A DNA stretch of 64,000 nt from Eledone cirrhosa (taxonomy: Eukaryota), in contig OZ024744.1 in the NCBI GenBank assembly GCA_964016885.1, positions 83,390,001 to 83,454,000 on the forward strand. Reading direction: 5' to 3'. Numbering within the stretch: position 1 is the first letter of the stretch; the number at the start of each line of letters is the position of its first letter. Below, one piece after another: positions 27,156 through 41,533 of this stretch. The notes beneath the pieces were generated by a model. The model searched no databases. It was not told where the DNA came from and saw nothing but the letters and a program-made list of their open reading frames with translations. The position numbers and the translations under genes are program-made.

Positions 27156-29195
27156 ATGTAGACAATATATATATATATTATGTGTGTATAAACACGCACA
27201 TATGAAAATAAATTTAGATAGATGCCCATCAGCATCAGCGTATGTGCATGGTAGCTTCTGGAAATGACTTCTGTTTTCTGTGTTATATTTCAATATTCAG
27301 TGAAACACAGTGTTGTAAATAGCCTGACCTACTTTAAAATATTAAAGATTCATTGGCAACAAATATTCCAAACATATTTCTTCGAATGCTAAAAAAAAAA
27401 GAAAGAAATGAGAGCAAGAAAAAAAATAAAACGCAAGAAAGAGAGCTAGTAAGAAAAAAAAGAAACTAGCAACTTTTTGTTATCGTGTTTACTCTGTAAA
27501 CATTTTAGAGTGAGTCGTATTGGCTACTGAATCGATACTGTACATATCTTGAAATTATTTTACCAACCCTGTTTCGCAGAAAAGCGCTGATGTTGATGAT
27601 GATGTGGAAGGGGAGGAGAAATAGGACAGTAGTATTGGTATTGTGTTGGTGGCAATGGTAATGCATGGCTTAAATACAAGACTACCTATACCTTTTTCAT
27701 ATGTCAGGCTTGAGTAATAATTCATTTAATCATAAGCGTGTATTTATTTATTTATTTATGGTATCGACTCTGACGGATCTAAGTAAGAAAGAAACCCAGC
27801 CAAATTTTATCTGAAGGACAACATAGATTGTCTGAGAAACTACCATTTTAAATAAGACATAATATTTTATTTATTGACCATAAGGACTCATCTGTTTTAT
27901 TAATGGTTTCTCGTTGTCGTTGCCTTCTGGTGCCAGGATGGAAACAACAGTAGCATCAACTATGTTTCTCATCTCTAGAGTATGCTGTCGTTCTTGCCAA
28001 TACTTTTACTACCATTACACCGTACTGTTTGCCTCTGCTTTTCGTCAACTTTTGGGCAGAATACATCTCCAAGCCCGATTTTCACACCGAGATAACTTGT
28101 GGTGTTGTGTGACCATTACAATCTAGATGTATTCAGACCTCACTCATCTCTACACTCAATACATTTCTATATTGATCTGCAAAGGTGACACTAACCCAAA
28201 ACTCGATCTCTATGCCAATATAATCCTAGTGTTTTTAAGACTCTTAAAAAGTGATCAAGTATGTAGCACAACAGCTCTACTTGTTACCTACATTCGTTCC
28301 AGGAAACTCTTCTGTACGTATGGCCGCTATCGATTGAGCTCACATTCACACATCGCTCAATATCTCCTCAAATTAACTCTATCTTTCAATTCAAAGGGTA
28401 GTCGCCTTTCTCCAGTCTTGATGTATGCAACATTCACCTAGAATAAATTTGTTGAGTAAGCAAGCACTATCTTTAAACCATTCCAGTCCGCTTCTCTGTT
28501 TTCTTCAGCTGGCTCAAAACAAATTCTTTTATCTCACAACATTAACAAATATTGAAGTGTTAGTGTTAGTGTTGTTGGCGTTGCTATACACGTTGTTTCT
28601 TTTACTATATAAATCAACGGTGCTACTATGCTTTTGGAGTCAGATGTGTGTGCTATATGTGTGTGTGTGTGTATGTGTGTGTGCTATGTGTATGTGTGTG
28701 TTCTATGTGTATGCGTGTGTGTGTGGGAGGTGAATGTGAGTGTGTGTGTGTTCCTTTTTTCGTTTGAAAATAATTTAGGATAGGCATTTTTACGTTACTG
28801 TTAACCTCGCTGTGGATAGCCCCCTTTCATAACAATTATAAGGCGGCCATTTTGCAATGCGTGTAAATATTACAAATAATGATAGTGGGGGTTGTTGCGA
28901 TGGCTGTGGTGGTGTAGTGTAACGGGAAGGCTGGTTATTGTTACGAAGCCCCCATGTCATCCATTATGGAACAGTTCTAATGCACACGGGTAGTCAGCTG
29001 TACGAAAAAGGGCGTGAAACGTATCATCTTTAGATTATCCCATGTCTCCGTCTTATTGGCGACCATATTGCAACGTAACAACATTTGTATAGAACGGTGA
29101 ATGCCTCTAGTGATAATCGGTGTAGCTAGTGCTAGGTTGGTCCTATTAATTGTGGTGGCAGTCGTAGTGATGTTGATGGTAAATCAACAACGTTG

Positions 29196-29291
<96 letters not shown>

Positions 29292-29346
29292 TGAGATTCT
29301 ACAGGACTAGAACTGTTTGGTTACCTCCGATTCAACCCGGAATAAC

Positions 29347-29385
<39 letters not shown>

Positions 29386-29411
29386 CATATATATATATAT
29401 ATATACATACA

Positions 29412-29445
<34 letters not shown>

Positions 29446-29519
29446 TAGTAAAATCACAGATTAAAGTTTAAGCAAAGAATCGCTGCTTTCACCCATAAAT
29501 ACATACACACACACAAACA

Positions 29520-29649
<130 letters not shown>

Positions 29650-29655
29650 TGTATG

Positions 29656-29704
<49 letters not shown>

Positions 29705-29987
29705 GTACGTTATTCCGGGTTGATATATATATTAGACTTAGTTCGTTTTAATTGATTATTTGTCTAGTTAATTTCTACGGACTAAAAGGAATGACTAGAT
29801 AGATTTTATCTGACTGTACTTCGCGGAAAATAGTCTGTATCATTTGTCTATTATTTCTTCATAGTTAAATTTTAAACTTATAGCCTCGTTTAAATGATTA
29901 TTTATGTAGTTGATTTCTACGGACTAGGGTGAAGAAAGACTGGGTATATTTTATCTAATAATTTTTCAAACTTTCAATTCTCTCTCG

Positions 29988-30122
<135 letters not shown>

Positions 30123-30145
30123 CATATATATATACATATATATAT

Positions 30146-30343
30146 GAAATTATTATAAATGTAAGCTATCGCCGTATTTTGAATAAAGAAATTAATACTC
30201 ATCTTTTTCCATTTATCCGAGGGTTCTTAACCCCTCTATCAGGCTAAATAATTTCTTTAATCTCTTTAGTCAAAATACGGCGATAGCTTACATTTATAAT
30301 AATTTTAAAAACTCGCTCGCTGATTCGAAAATATTATCACTTG
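30146..30343. mobile_element. TA-embedded fold-back element (family D)
   Basis: 36-bp perfect IR at 30147-30182 / 30270-30305; left arm starts at (TA)n, right side continues ~40 bp to (TA)n. Confidence 0.7.
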
Positions 30344-31103
30344 ATATATATATATATATATTTAGAAATATATATACACACATATATACATTTACATATA
30401 CATATAAATATACATATTCATATACATATACATATGTATATACATATACATATATATAGTTCTAACTTATAAAATATTCTCTGCCTGAAAGCTAAACACT
30501 AAAACCACTAGCTTACAACAAGGACATAATCACCAGCAACAGTAGAAGAAATATGCAGCAGCAAACTCTGAGGCTGTAATGGTATCATTTATCTATATTA
30601 TTTGCAGGAGGCTAGTGTTGTGTTAGTATGTTACTAGCTGATAGTGGTTTCAGTGGTTTGTTTATGGCGTTAGTGTTGTTATGAATTAGTAGCGACAGTA
30701 GGAGTAGTGGTGGTGCTAATGCTGATGTTAGTGATGTTGGTGTAAAATAATAGTAGCGGTAATAGCGACGTGGGGGAGGAGGCACTAAAACATAGTAGTA
30801 ACGGCATTAAAATTGGTGATGGTGTTTCTGGTAGTGGAGATACAACTTGGTGTGGAAGAACAGCGACAATTTTATTGGTCACGTTGGTGTTTGTATTGGC
30901 GGCGTTAGTGGTGGTCTCATTGGCGGTAATGGCGGCAGCATGGTGATGGCAAAATATTAACTGCACCAGCAACACAATCTGTAATAGTAGTAACAGACTA
31001 AAGAATTACATGAGTAGTAGTGAAAGCAGCGTGTGGTGTAAGAGAAGAGCAAGGACACAGACACATATGTTATTAATGGAAGGAAAGATACAAGTAGTAG
31101 TAA

Positions 31104-31201
<98 letters not shown>

Positions 31202-31645
31202 ACATCTACAGGAGTTACACTGTTTCAACTATAACAACGGTATCACTACACGAAACAAATATTTCCATTTTTCGCCAATAAGCAGGGTGACCCACAACAT
31301 ATATTTACCTTTTAAAAATGTAATAACTATTTTTTTTTTTTTCACAAATAATTTCTATTTGCTTTTTAATTCCCGTTCTGAAAATATGTTATACGGAAAT
31401 ATATTATGGAATATCTTAAACATATTTTTCACATATTTTTAAAATGTTATTTATTGTAGAAGAATCTACATGGTCAATCGATCTGTAAGAAACAATAACC
31501 AAATCACGCCCTAAATCACACAACAACGTCTCACTCAGTAAAGAACACGTGAGATCTGTAGCTCTATATACACTGTGACTGAAAAAGAGCAATAAAAAAT
31601 GCAATCGTCATAGTTAGCATGATTTTGACGAAAAAAAATGTTTAA

Positions 31646-31959
31646 CCCTGTAGCATTTACATTATTCTATATATACTGGGTAATTGCTGGCCTTGTGCCT
31701 AAAGTAGAAACAATTATTCTATATATACTATTATATTTTCACGGCAAAGGCTTTATCTCACATAAGTATCTCACATAATATCGAATCTATGAGATTTTGA
31801 TATTCATTTCGAGAACACTAACTTAACATCAGTATGAATGGCCGGTTATGGTCAGTTTAAACAGAAAGAGGTGACAGAATTCTGGCCGGATACAGCCAGT
31901 TTAAACAGAAAGAGGTGACAGAATTCTGGCCGGATACGACCGTTTTAAATGCTAAAGGG
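31646..31959. mobile_element. piggyBac-type MITE
   Basis: TTAA|CCCTGTAGCATTTA ... TAAATGCTAAAGGG|TTAA; internal ~43-bp tandem duplication (CAGTTTAAACAGAAAGAGGTGACAGAATTCTGGCCGGATAC x2). Confidence 0.8.
31676..31714 (+). mobile_element. extremely 5'-truncated SINE family 1 tail with 17-bp TSD
   Basis: GGGTAATTGCTGGCCTTGTGCCTAAAGTAGAAACA between ATTATTCTATATATACT repeats (31661-31677, 31713-31729). Confidence 0.85.
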
Positions 31960-32265
31960 TTAAGGTGGTACTCAAATTCTGATGTCTACAACAAATCTAA
32001 AAAGAAAACATTTAAAAATGTAGTCTACTAAATAAGAAATGAGCTGGGGCTGAGCGCCGTGTCCCATTAACCCAAAGCACATCTAGCATATCAATCTTTC
32101 ACCCCACTGCAGCTGCATACAAAAAAAAAAAAGAAAAAAAGAAAACCAATAAATAGGACCTATGTCCTTGCGGAGTCCCTAGGCTTCGGCCTAATCTGCC
32201 TTATAAATAATATGGTACTGATTAAACAAAGAATAACTACAACAACAACAACTACTACTACTACA

Positions 32266-32352
<87 letters not shown>

Positions 32353-33245
32353 ATTCACACCACCACTACCACCGTCGTCGTCGCAACATGTTTTCCGCTG
32401 TAGAGCGGATAAAAGCATTAATGTATCAGATCTATTAAATGTGAATTAGATTGCGGAATGTTAATTTATTTTCCCATCTGCATTAGGTAACATATTAGCA
32501 ATATCGTTGTGGAAGTTAATAACAACGATCCTTTGTATTCGGTGTTCAAATCTCGTCGACGACGCCACATTGCTTTCATGTCTATGCGGTCATTACCCAT
32601 GTTATGTACACAAAGATTGTTTGAGTTATCTCCCTTAAAATGTGCAGCCTTACAATATTGCTTTAGCTCTTTACGTTCAAATTTTTTCGAGGTTAGTTTT
32701 GCTTTCCATGCTTACGAGATTAATAAAATAAAGTACCAGTAACAAACTGGTGTCGATTTAATAGACTTGCTCATCCTCAAAAATATTGGCTCTGTGCCCA
32801 TTATTATTGTTGTTGCTGTTGTTACTTCTGCTGTTGTTTCCATTGTTATTGATATTGTTAATGATGTTACCAACTTCTGAAGACTGTCTTTAGGATTCAC
32901 GTGTCCTGATAATAACGGCTGTTAATTTCCATTGAGCCTCTTTACATCTCTCTGTCGCTTCAATCTGTGAAACTGATGTATAATAAGTGAGGATCTTACT
33001 TTCGGCTAAAAGTATTCTTAATTTAACTAAAAGTGCCCAGGATGAACAAAATATTTATGAAGATGTACTATCTTGCCTCATGCAGATCCGACATAATAAT
33101 ACAGTAATGGAGACACACACATACACACACACACACACACACGCGCGCGCGCACGCGCGCGCGCCTTTTCTCTATCTCTGTCTCACTCTGTGTGAGTGTA
33201 TACACACACGCGCACACACAGACACACACACACATATATATATAC

Positions 33246-33276
<31 letters not shown>

Positions 33277-33342
33277 TGTATGCATGCATGTTTGTATGTA
33301 TGTATGTATGTGTGTATGTATACATAAATATGTATATATCAT

Positions 33343-33378
<36 letters not shown>

Positions 33379-34125
33379 AAGTACATGTGTATATATGTAT
33401 GTACATAAGTATGTGTGCAAGTGTCGGTGTGTGTATGTGAGTCTGAGTGCTTGAGTCTGTGTCTGTGTGTTCTTTGTATTGTTTACAACGTTTTGTTCGA
33501 TATGGATTCTGTTTGTCTCTTTTAAACTCACTCCTTCATATCATAATCAGGAAAAGAAAAACATATGAATTTAGTTATTTCTATATGTCTGTTAAACTTG
33601 CTTCTAATTTAAACACAATGCCACGAAGTTATAAATAGCTAATTATTAGTACTTGTCTAGTAATCTATATTATTGACTCATGAAAGGTGAAAAGCTCGTC
33701 GGAATTTGAACCCAGAACATAAGGATTCGAAAGAAATACTTCAATGCTCTAACGATTCTGTCAATCTGAAACAACCCTTCCTCTGTAATATTAACATTAT
33801 AAACAATGATTTTGTAGGGAATTCTTTTTCAGGTATTTCCTACATGCTAATTATAAGAGTTAATTTTCAATAACATGACACATTTAGTGAGGCTGTTCTT
33901 ACATTATTAACCTGGGCGTGGAACAAATCTAAATGTTTAGCTTATACATATGTATACAAGGTACCTAGGTATAATATGTAGCTATGTATAAACCTACATA
34001 GTCTGCATGAATATTCGTTTGTAGACGTGTATGTAATATATTATATAAAACACATGGTAAACTGGAATTTACCTTCTTTGGTACTCGGAGTTTCTCAAAC
34101 AATCTGATGTTATATGTAAAAGCCT

Positions 34126-34280
34126 CGGACACCATGCTTTCCAGCATAGTTACGTCCCTTTACGATCTGAGTTCAAATCCCGCCGAGGTTGACTTTGCCT
34201 TTCATCCTTACGGGGTCGATAAAATAAAGTACCAGTAATGCACTGGGTAATTGCTGGCCTTGTGCCTAAAGTAGAAACAG
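34126..34280 (+). mobile_element. 5'-truncated SINE family 1 with 19-bp TSD
   Basis: TSD GTTATATGTAAAAGCCTCG at 34109-34127 and 34280-34298. Confidence 0.9.
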
Positions 34281-34698
34281 TTATATGTAAAAGCCTCGTT
34301 GGTCGATCATTGGAAAGTGTAGCAGTTACGTTGGCACAGTTCCGATGATCGACGGACGAAGAATCAATAACATCAGTTTGTTCCGGAAACCCCGAGTACC
34401 ATGGAAGGTAAATGCCAGTTTGCCATGTGTGTTATATTAGATGGTGTATTTACCTTTATGTTTACATATTGAGAGCGCTTTCTTTAGTGATTACAGCTTC
34501 ACATTCAGGTAATGATATATATGTATGTATACATGTATGTATGTGTTTATGTATGGATGGATGTTTGAATATATGGATGGATGGATGGATGAACAGATGG
34601 ACGGGTTATATGAATATGAGCATTTGTGCAATGTAAAATAACTACCCTAATAGAACAAGGAAATAATCCGATAACTTGTTTTGGTATATTTTCCACAG

Positions 34699-34779
34699 AT
34701 GCAGCGAGGGCTCACAGTCATGGCGTTCTCTATCCATACAACCCAAGCCATCAAGGTCCTGTCTCGCGGAGTCTATCAG
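34699..34779 (+). CDS. possible isolated 81-bp host exon
   Basis: ATTTTCCACAG acceptor and CAG|GTAAAT donor, length divisible by 3, GC-richer than flanks, two open frames; no recognisable protein. Confidence 0.3.
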
Positions 34780-34898
34780 GTAAATCTCAGCGTACTATTC
34801 TTTTAAGTATGATCATATTTGTTTTATCAACAGAAAATAAAGCACAAGCACATGCTACTCACGGATACACAAACAAAAAACGCACCAACGCATACATG

Positions 34899-34955
<57 letters not shown>

Positions 34956-35193
34956 ATATATATATATATATTGTTATACTTGGGGAGGGCCATATTATTA
35001 TAATATTGCCAGAAATAATAACAGGACACACTCACTGTTTGGTTTGGGTTGACAATCAATGTTTATCATTGATTGACCAACGGTTAAAAATACAGATATA
35101 AAAATATATATATATATAGTCTATCAAAGTTCTTTTGTCACACATTGATGACATCATCAGTGGTACTATTATGTTTCATATCAGAAATATATT

Positions 35194-35281
<88 letters not shown>

Positions 35282-35286
35282 GATAG

Positions 35287-35361
<75 letters not shown>

Positions 35362-35413
35362 GTGCGTGGGTAAGGAAGGAAGATCTAGATAGATAGATAG
35401 AGCTATAAAAGCA

Positions 35414-35479
<66 letters not shown>

Positions 35480-35719
35480 TGTGTTTAAACATGCATACTC
35501 AAATACATAAGAAATGTAATGTTCCAAAAACAGAAGTGTCCATCAGTGCAAAAATAGATATATGCACACAGACAAATGTTACCACACAAGGTGCAACCAC
35601 GTATATTCAAATATATAAGCAGGCTTCCATATGCTAAATCACCGTATACCTAAATCTACTGTCCCATACATGCATAAAGCGACGAAAATGGGAACAATGT
35701 TTGTTTCCAAGTATAACAG

Positions 35720-35800
35720 TATGGAATGCCTCTTCCCGCGCATCTCTCTTACCATCCTCCGGGGAAACGCCTTCTCCATTCTGTCCGCTGGGGCTGTGGA
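35720..35800 (+). pseudogene. C-terminal remnant of a CRE-like RLE non-LTR retrotransposon
   Basis: Peptide LFPRISLTILRGNAFSILSAG resembles the RISxAIxRGNA C-terminal motif of CRE-type elements. Confidence 0.5.
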
Positions 35801-36764
35801 GCGGCCAGCATGTGGGAACCCATTTGCTCACAATACAGAGAGATTGGGAGGGCGTGAGATATGGAGGCGATAGCAGTGGGAGTTCGGCTCTTCTGTGTTC
35901 GGACACATAGGTAAGCACTTTGAATTCGGTTTATAGATATATAGTTACCATTTAATTCGATGTGAGGGGTTCTTTCGAATCCAATATATACAATATATGC
36001 GTCTGAATGCCAATCAGATTTGAACTTAATATTTTATACAAGAACCACAGTATGTTTAATGATATGCTCTTCAAGATATAAATGTACATAGTTAAATATT
36101 CTCTTTAGAATACAAACATGTGTCAAGAATTGATTCAAATATTCGTGCTCTAATACTATAATTTTGGATAGGTATAGTTATATGCATTAAACAAAAACTA
36201 GATTATGTGTTTCTTTATGAGTTATGGTAAGAATAGTATGAAGTACCGAATAGTTACAGTAATCCCTAATACATTATCGCTGATAATGTCTTTATCTGTA
36301 ATAATTATTAATCCAAAAGTTTTTGAAAAAGAGATAATCGTCTCTGTATTATGCGGCCATTGGTGTGGGTGAACGTGTTTTCATTAAATAAAAATAATTC
36401 TTTGAAATCACATATTTCAGCAGAGTTGTTCCAGACCATGCTGACATTGAATTAAATATAAGTCTCTTTCCTTTAGATGCGCCATACATTTTCGTGCATA
36501 TAGCAGCATGGAATTGCTCAGAGAAAATTAAGTGCATTGAATAGTTGATTAATGACGAGGGTGGTAATCTTTGTGGGAATATGATACTAGATTTATTTGG
36601 AATAGATTGAAACTAATAACGGTAATTTTGATACCGCCTTAAGTGCAGATATATATTTTATATAGCATTAGGTTTCACTGAATCCTTATGCTAATTTTTG
36701 AAGGGTTTTTTAATTCAGTAGAAAGTTCTGATCGAAATTACTTGTATACCTTATAAACATAAAT

Positions 36765-36983
36765 TAATGGTTTCTACTATGGGCACAAGGCCAGCAATTT
36801 TGGGATGGGGAAAGTCGATTAAATCGACCCTAATTCACTACTGGTTCTTTATTTTATCAACCCCGTAAGGATGAAAGGCAAAGCTAACTCCAATGATTTG
36901 AACTCAAAATGTAAAGCGCCGTAACTAAATGCCAGAAAGCATGTTGCCCGACGTTCTACAGACACTGCCAATCCACCGACCTC
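36765..36983 (-). mobile_element. SINE family 1, long variant
   Basis: Tail, AGTCGATTAAATCGACCC segment, core and head CCAATCCACCG. Confidence 0.85.
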
Positions 36984-38115
36984 GAAAACCATGAATTAAT
37001 CTTGTGTTGTATGTGGTTCAGTTCTATCACCACTTTGAAGAATTGAGTATTGATTGCATAAGGTCTTCCAATTAGATTCATTACGGGTATTGCTTATAAA
37101 GATTAAGAGAAAACTGTGATTAGCATTAATTTTTCTTTCATAGAGTTTTTTTTATAGGCTTTCAGGTTGTATAATAACTTTTTACTTCATAGATGTTAGG
37201 CATATAATTTCATATGGGGGTTATTTTCAGTCCGTAAATTTGATATTCCTGATTAAAGAAAAATATTTTGCGAACAAATTTTGAAGTAGCTTGTTGGTAG
37301 AATGCATATTAAAAATTAAAGAAATCCGTTTTTATATTTATTAAGTAGCCGTTATGTTTATCGACAACCAATGCTTACAAGTAGGCTAATAAAATGGTAA
37401 GTTTCTCTTTGCATTAGGCACTTAACTCCGGCGAATCACGCATGTGTTGACACCAGTATAGACGTAATGATTCCTCACTCTCTATACGTATTTGGGACTT
37501 GAAAACAAATTAGACATTATAATTCGGTGATTCGGAGTCAATTGTTACTCCGAACACAAAATCCCAGCATCATATGCACATTTGAAAGCATCTAATTTCG
37601 TTCAAACTTCACCAAAACACAATATATCAGACGAACACAAATTATTCAAAACATTCTGTAGACATTTTCGACCACATATATCCAGTAGTTAAACTTTTAC
37701 AGCATACATTCCTATTTATCCTTTTAGTTTACAATTATGGTGACAAGAATGCAAATGTCTCCATATATATGGATTCAGAAATTATACCCTTTCACCTGAG
37801 CATTGTCTTCTCTCTTAATGCATACATATCGCCAATATACTATTAAAGTAGCATTGGTTCAATTCTTACCATTTTTATATTTGTGAGAACTGATTTAGCC
37901 ATAAACGTTTACATCTAGATAAGTACAGTTTTTAGCACGCAGTTATACCCGCAATGTATTGTATTATTGAAGATACATTATTTACCATTTCATATTTGAT
38001 ATGCAAGTGTGTATCTCGCATGCGTTTTTATATTAATATATGCTTCCGATTGCATGTCCGCTGTATTTATATGTGAAATGGCACAAGCACATGTGTTTTC
38101 ATTTATATGTATTGC

Positions 38116-38146
<31 letters not shown>

Positions 38147-38171
38147 GTTCTCTCTCTCACTCTCTCTTTTC

Positions 38172-38207
<36 letters not shown>

Positions 38208-38287
38208 TGAGTCGTCAACTGTGAAATTTGTAGAAATTTGTAGAAAAAAACAAAACAAATATGTAAAATTTTATTCTTGATTATTCA

Positions 38288-38323
<36 letters not shown>

Positions 38324-38436
38324 CTGTATGTGTGTATGTGTGTATGTCTGTGTGTGTGTCTGGGTGTGCGTTTGTTTGTGTGTGTGTGTGTGTGTGTATG
38401 TGTCTGTGTGTCTGCATATGTGTGTGTGTGTCCGTG

Positions 38437-38467
<31 letters not shown>

Positions 38468-38480
38468 GTATATATATATG

Positions 38481-38512
<32 letters not shown>

Positions 38513-38525
38513 CACGGACACACAG

Positions 38526-38600
<75 letters not shown>

Positions 38601-38604
<4 letters not shown>

Positions 38605-38930
38605 TTCAAAATATTAACAAAAATAGACATTCGTGTAATCCAGTATATTTTATTATACATATTTCAGAGGTACTGAGCTATCTTCAACAGTACGTCCTCA
38701 TCAGATAAAATAAGATGATGCATGACATACCCTGACATAGTAGATGGTTAAGATTCAGTCATGGTAGTGTTTAAGATATGACAAAACTCAATATTTATAT
38801 ACCTTAAGATTGAGACATGAAAACATTTACATATAATACAGAGGGTGCGTTGAGTGCTACTGTTGAGTGCTTCCAATCTATTGTAAAACTCATTCTTTGA
38901 TTTATTCATTGAACCTTGTTTAACCTTTAA
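38601..38930. mobile_element. family H element with internal inversion
   Basis: 38601-38730 is homologous to 26401-26545 in the same orientation; 38860-38930 is the reverse homolog of 26310-26378; both ends in (TA)n. Confidence 0.75.
38646..38712 (-). ncRNA. type I hammerhead ribozyme (family H)
   Basis: UAUUUUAU-CUGAUGA-GGAC GUACUG..CAGUAC CUCU-GAA-AUAUGUAU-A-AUAAAAUA. Confidence 0.8.
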
Positions 38931-38954
38931 ATATATATATATATATATATATGC

Positions 38955-39095
<141 letters not shown>

Positions 39096-39258
39096 TACAT
39101 ATATATACATACAAATATATATATATAAGCAAAGAGATGTTTAATTTGTTGGTAATTCCACAAGTATATTTATAACAGATTCGAAGCACTCGACATGTTT
39201 TCTGGAGTATAATATCAATGATATTAATAAATGGAAACTATATTTATAAAACCATATT

Positions 39259-39319
39259 TATTCTATTATATATATTTCAAGAGTACCAAAACTTTGGTAC
39301 GCACTTATCAGATAAAATA
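39259..39319 (-). ncRNA. family H hammerhead with core mutation (CUGAUAA)
   Basis: Helix II GUACCAAA/UUUGGUAC, GAAA, (AU)n helix III; the G8A change probably inactivates it. Confidence 0.6.
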
Positions 39320-39858
39320 CAAAATTTGTTTTATAAATAGTGACATACCCAGGAATCAGACCCTAACAATTTAGGTTCCGATTGGATAGTTAGAGGATAG
39401 AGGAAAAAAGAGAAAAGAGGAAGAAAGGAAAAAGAACAAATATTTCAAATTATTTTGATGAATATGCAAATGAACTTTCCTCTATCCTCTCACTATTTAT
39501 GTTTGCATGCTTATTTTTAGTAATATGAACCACTACACGTGTTTCTCGATATATTTTAATGTATCTATAAATATATGTACAAGCCTCTGCCATTAGACAT
39601 AAATGTATTTAAATATTGACTTCACAATTATACATTTATATTCGGATTACCATCAGTCGGTTTCTTATGTTTACACAGCCATATACGCACACGTGCAATC
39701 GTCTGTACATGATTCTTCAATTCTATCTCCACGGAATAACATACTATCATTCTCTTATTAAATCGGTATTTCTATTTTCCTTTTCTAAGTACTTTGCTTT
39801 TTACATTTTCTTTCACATCAATATTTTATATACAATCCTTTCTATCCAATTAAATTCA

Positions 39859-39919
<61 letters not shown>

Positions 39920-39981
39920 CGAATTTTAAACCGTCAAGGTTGTTTTCCATGGTAATTGTCACTATTTATAAATCAAATTTG

Positions 39982-40046
39982 TATTTTATCTGATGAAAGC
40001 GCACCAAGGTTGGCTTGGTTGCCCTTGAAATATATATAATAAAATA
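39982..40046 (+). ncRNA. type I hammerhead ribozyme (family H)
   Basis: TATTTTAT-CTGATGA-AAG C GC ACCAAG gttgg CTTGGT T GC C CTT-GAA-ATATATAT-A-ATAAAATA. Confidence 0.8.
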
Positions 40047-40175
40047 AATATGGTTTTATAAATATAGTTTCCATTTATTTATATATTGAATATTAACTCC
40101 AGTTACTGTTGAGTGCTCTATATCAGTTATACACTTTTAAGTTTGTTGAAATCCCAACAAAATAAATATAACTTC

Positions 40176-40226
<51 letters not shown>

Positions 40227-40229
<3 letters not shown>

Positions 40230-40342
40230 AAAACAGTCAGGACCCCGACGACTCTTTTCCTATTACCCACTCTACTACCCTAAAGGTCAAGTACTCTGGT
40301 ACGTTATGGTCCACCTGGTATCTTACCACACCTTCTTTGTTA
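40227..40342 (+). mobile_element. family B element with 5' fold-back
   Basis: ATAGGAAAACAGTC..GACTCTTTTCCTAT inversion then family B body; (TA)n on both sides. Confidence 0.75.
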
Positions 40343-40352
40343 TATATATATG

Positions 40353-40424
<72 letters not shown>

Positions 40425-40425
<1 letters not shown>

Positions 40426-40915
40426 AAACAAAATGAAAACGAAATTTCATTTCTCACTCTTAGTATGGCACTTACTTAAATGTAAGTATGCATGTATACG
40501 TACATACATATATGTATACAGACGTACAGTAGCATGCACATATATATATATATATACATATATATATACATATGCATACAGGTACACATACATATATGCA
40601 CGTATCAGTTTAGCGGCGCTAACGTCGCTTTGTTCGTTTGTAAACAAACTGAACAGCCTGAATTTATGCCATACGGTGTTAAGGCAACCACGTCACCTTT
40701 TTGTTCAACACTGACACAGGAACGATGTACTAGTTTCAAGCTTGTTAGCTATCATCAGCACCGTTTACCCATCTGCCAGATAGTTGAACGTTCGATGCGT
40801 GCATATATGTATGTGTACCTGTATGCATATGTATATATATATGTATATATATATATATATGTGCATGCTACTGTACGTCTGTATACATATATGTATGTAC
40901 GTATACATGCATACT

Positions 40916-40920
<5 letters not shown>
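40425..40920 (-). mobile_element. family E fold-back element with hammerhead
   Basis: ~120-bp near-perfect IR 40480-40602 / 40798-40920; homolog at 51819-52165; termini in (TA)n. Confidence 0.8.
40721..40765 (-). ncRNA. minimal type I hammerhead ribozyme with palindromic helix III
   Basis: AACGGUG-CUGAUGA-U AGCU aaca AGCU U-GAA-ACUAGU-A-CAUCGUU; 7-bp helix I, GUA triplet. Confidence 0.85.
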
Positions 40921-40965
<45 letters not shown>

Positions 40966-41141
40966 AGAAAAAAAGAGAATCAGTGTTGCGACGAAGAATG
41001 GAATTTATTGGACATATTACAATCGTTTCTCTGGCGACCAGCTCGAGGCACAATCGATGTGATGATCGAACCTAACTCTGAAAACCGCAGAGTCCTCATA
41101 TTCGTCTTGATCCTTCGAAGCAGATTTTCCTGATGTCCTTT

Positions 41142-41183
<42 letters not shown>

Positions 41184-41347
41184 GCATACAAGTTCTGGTT
41201 TAATTCACAACGTTTTCTTCTCTCGAATACGTACAATTCGCTGAGGAGTTTTTTACCTCCGCAGCTAGTCCTTTTTGACTGGTGTTGTGAATTTAACCAA
41301 ATTTTGTTTATTACGACTCATCACTCGGACTGACTGTTCTACCAACA

Positions 41348-41533
41348 TTGGATTGGCAGTACCGGTAGAGGGTCGGACGCCATGCTTTGTAGTAAAGAGT
41401 TACGGCCCTTTATGTCTGAGTTCAAATCCCCCCAAGTTTAACTTTGCCTTTCATCCTTACGGGATCGATAAAATAAAGCACCAATAATGCACTATGATAA
41501 TAGCTGGCCTTGTGCCAAATGTAGAAACAATTG
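41348..41533 (+). mobile_element. SINE family 1
   Basis: TGGATTGGCAGTACCGG head, GAGTTCAAATCC, core and tail. Confidence 0.85.

Noticed and set aside
27900-28450. Non-repetitive ORF-track hits, possibly an old LINE on the minus strand
   Set aside because: No intact RT motif could be read.
35120-35165. Minus-strand CUGAUGA-UGUCA..UGACA
   Set aside because: Followed by AAAG rather than GAAA; no helix I or III.
35701-35916. Possible exon ending at a strong AG|GTAAGC donor
   Set aside because: All frames stop at or before the donor, and the best frame matches a retroelement C-terminal motif.
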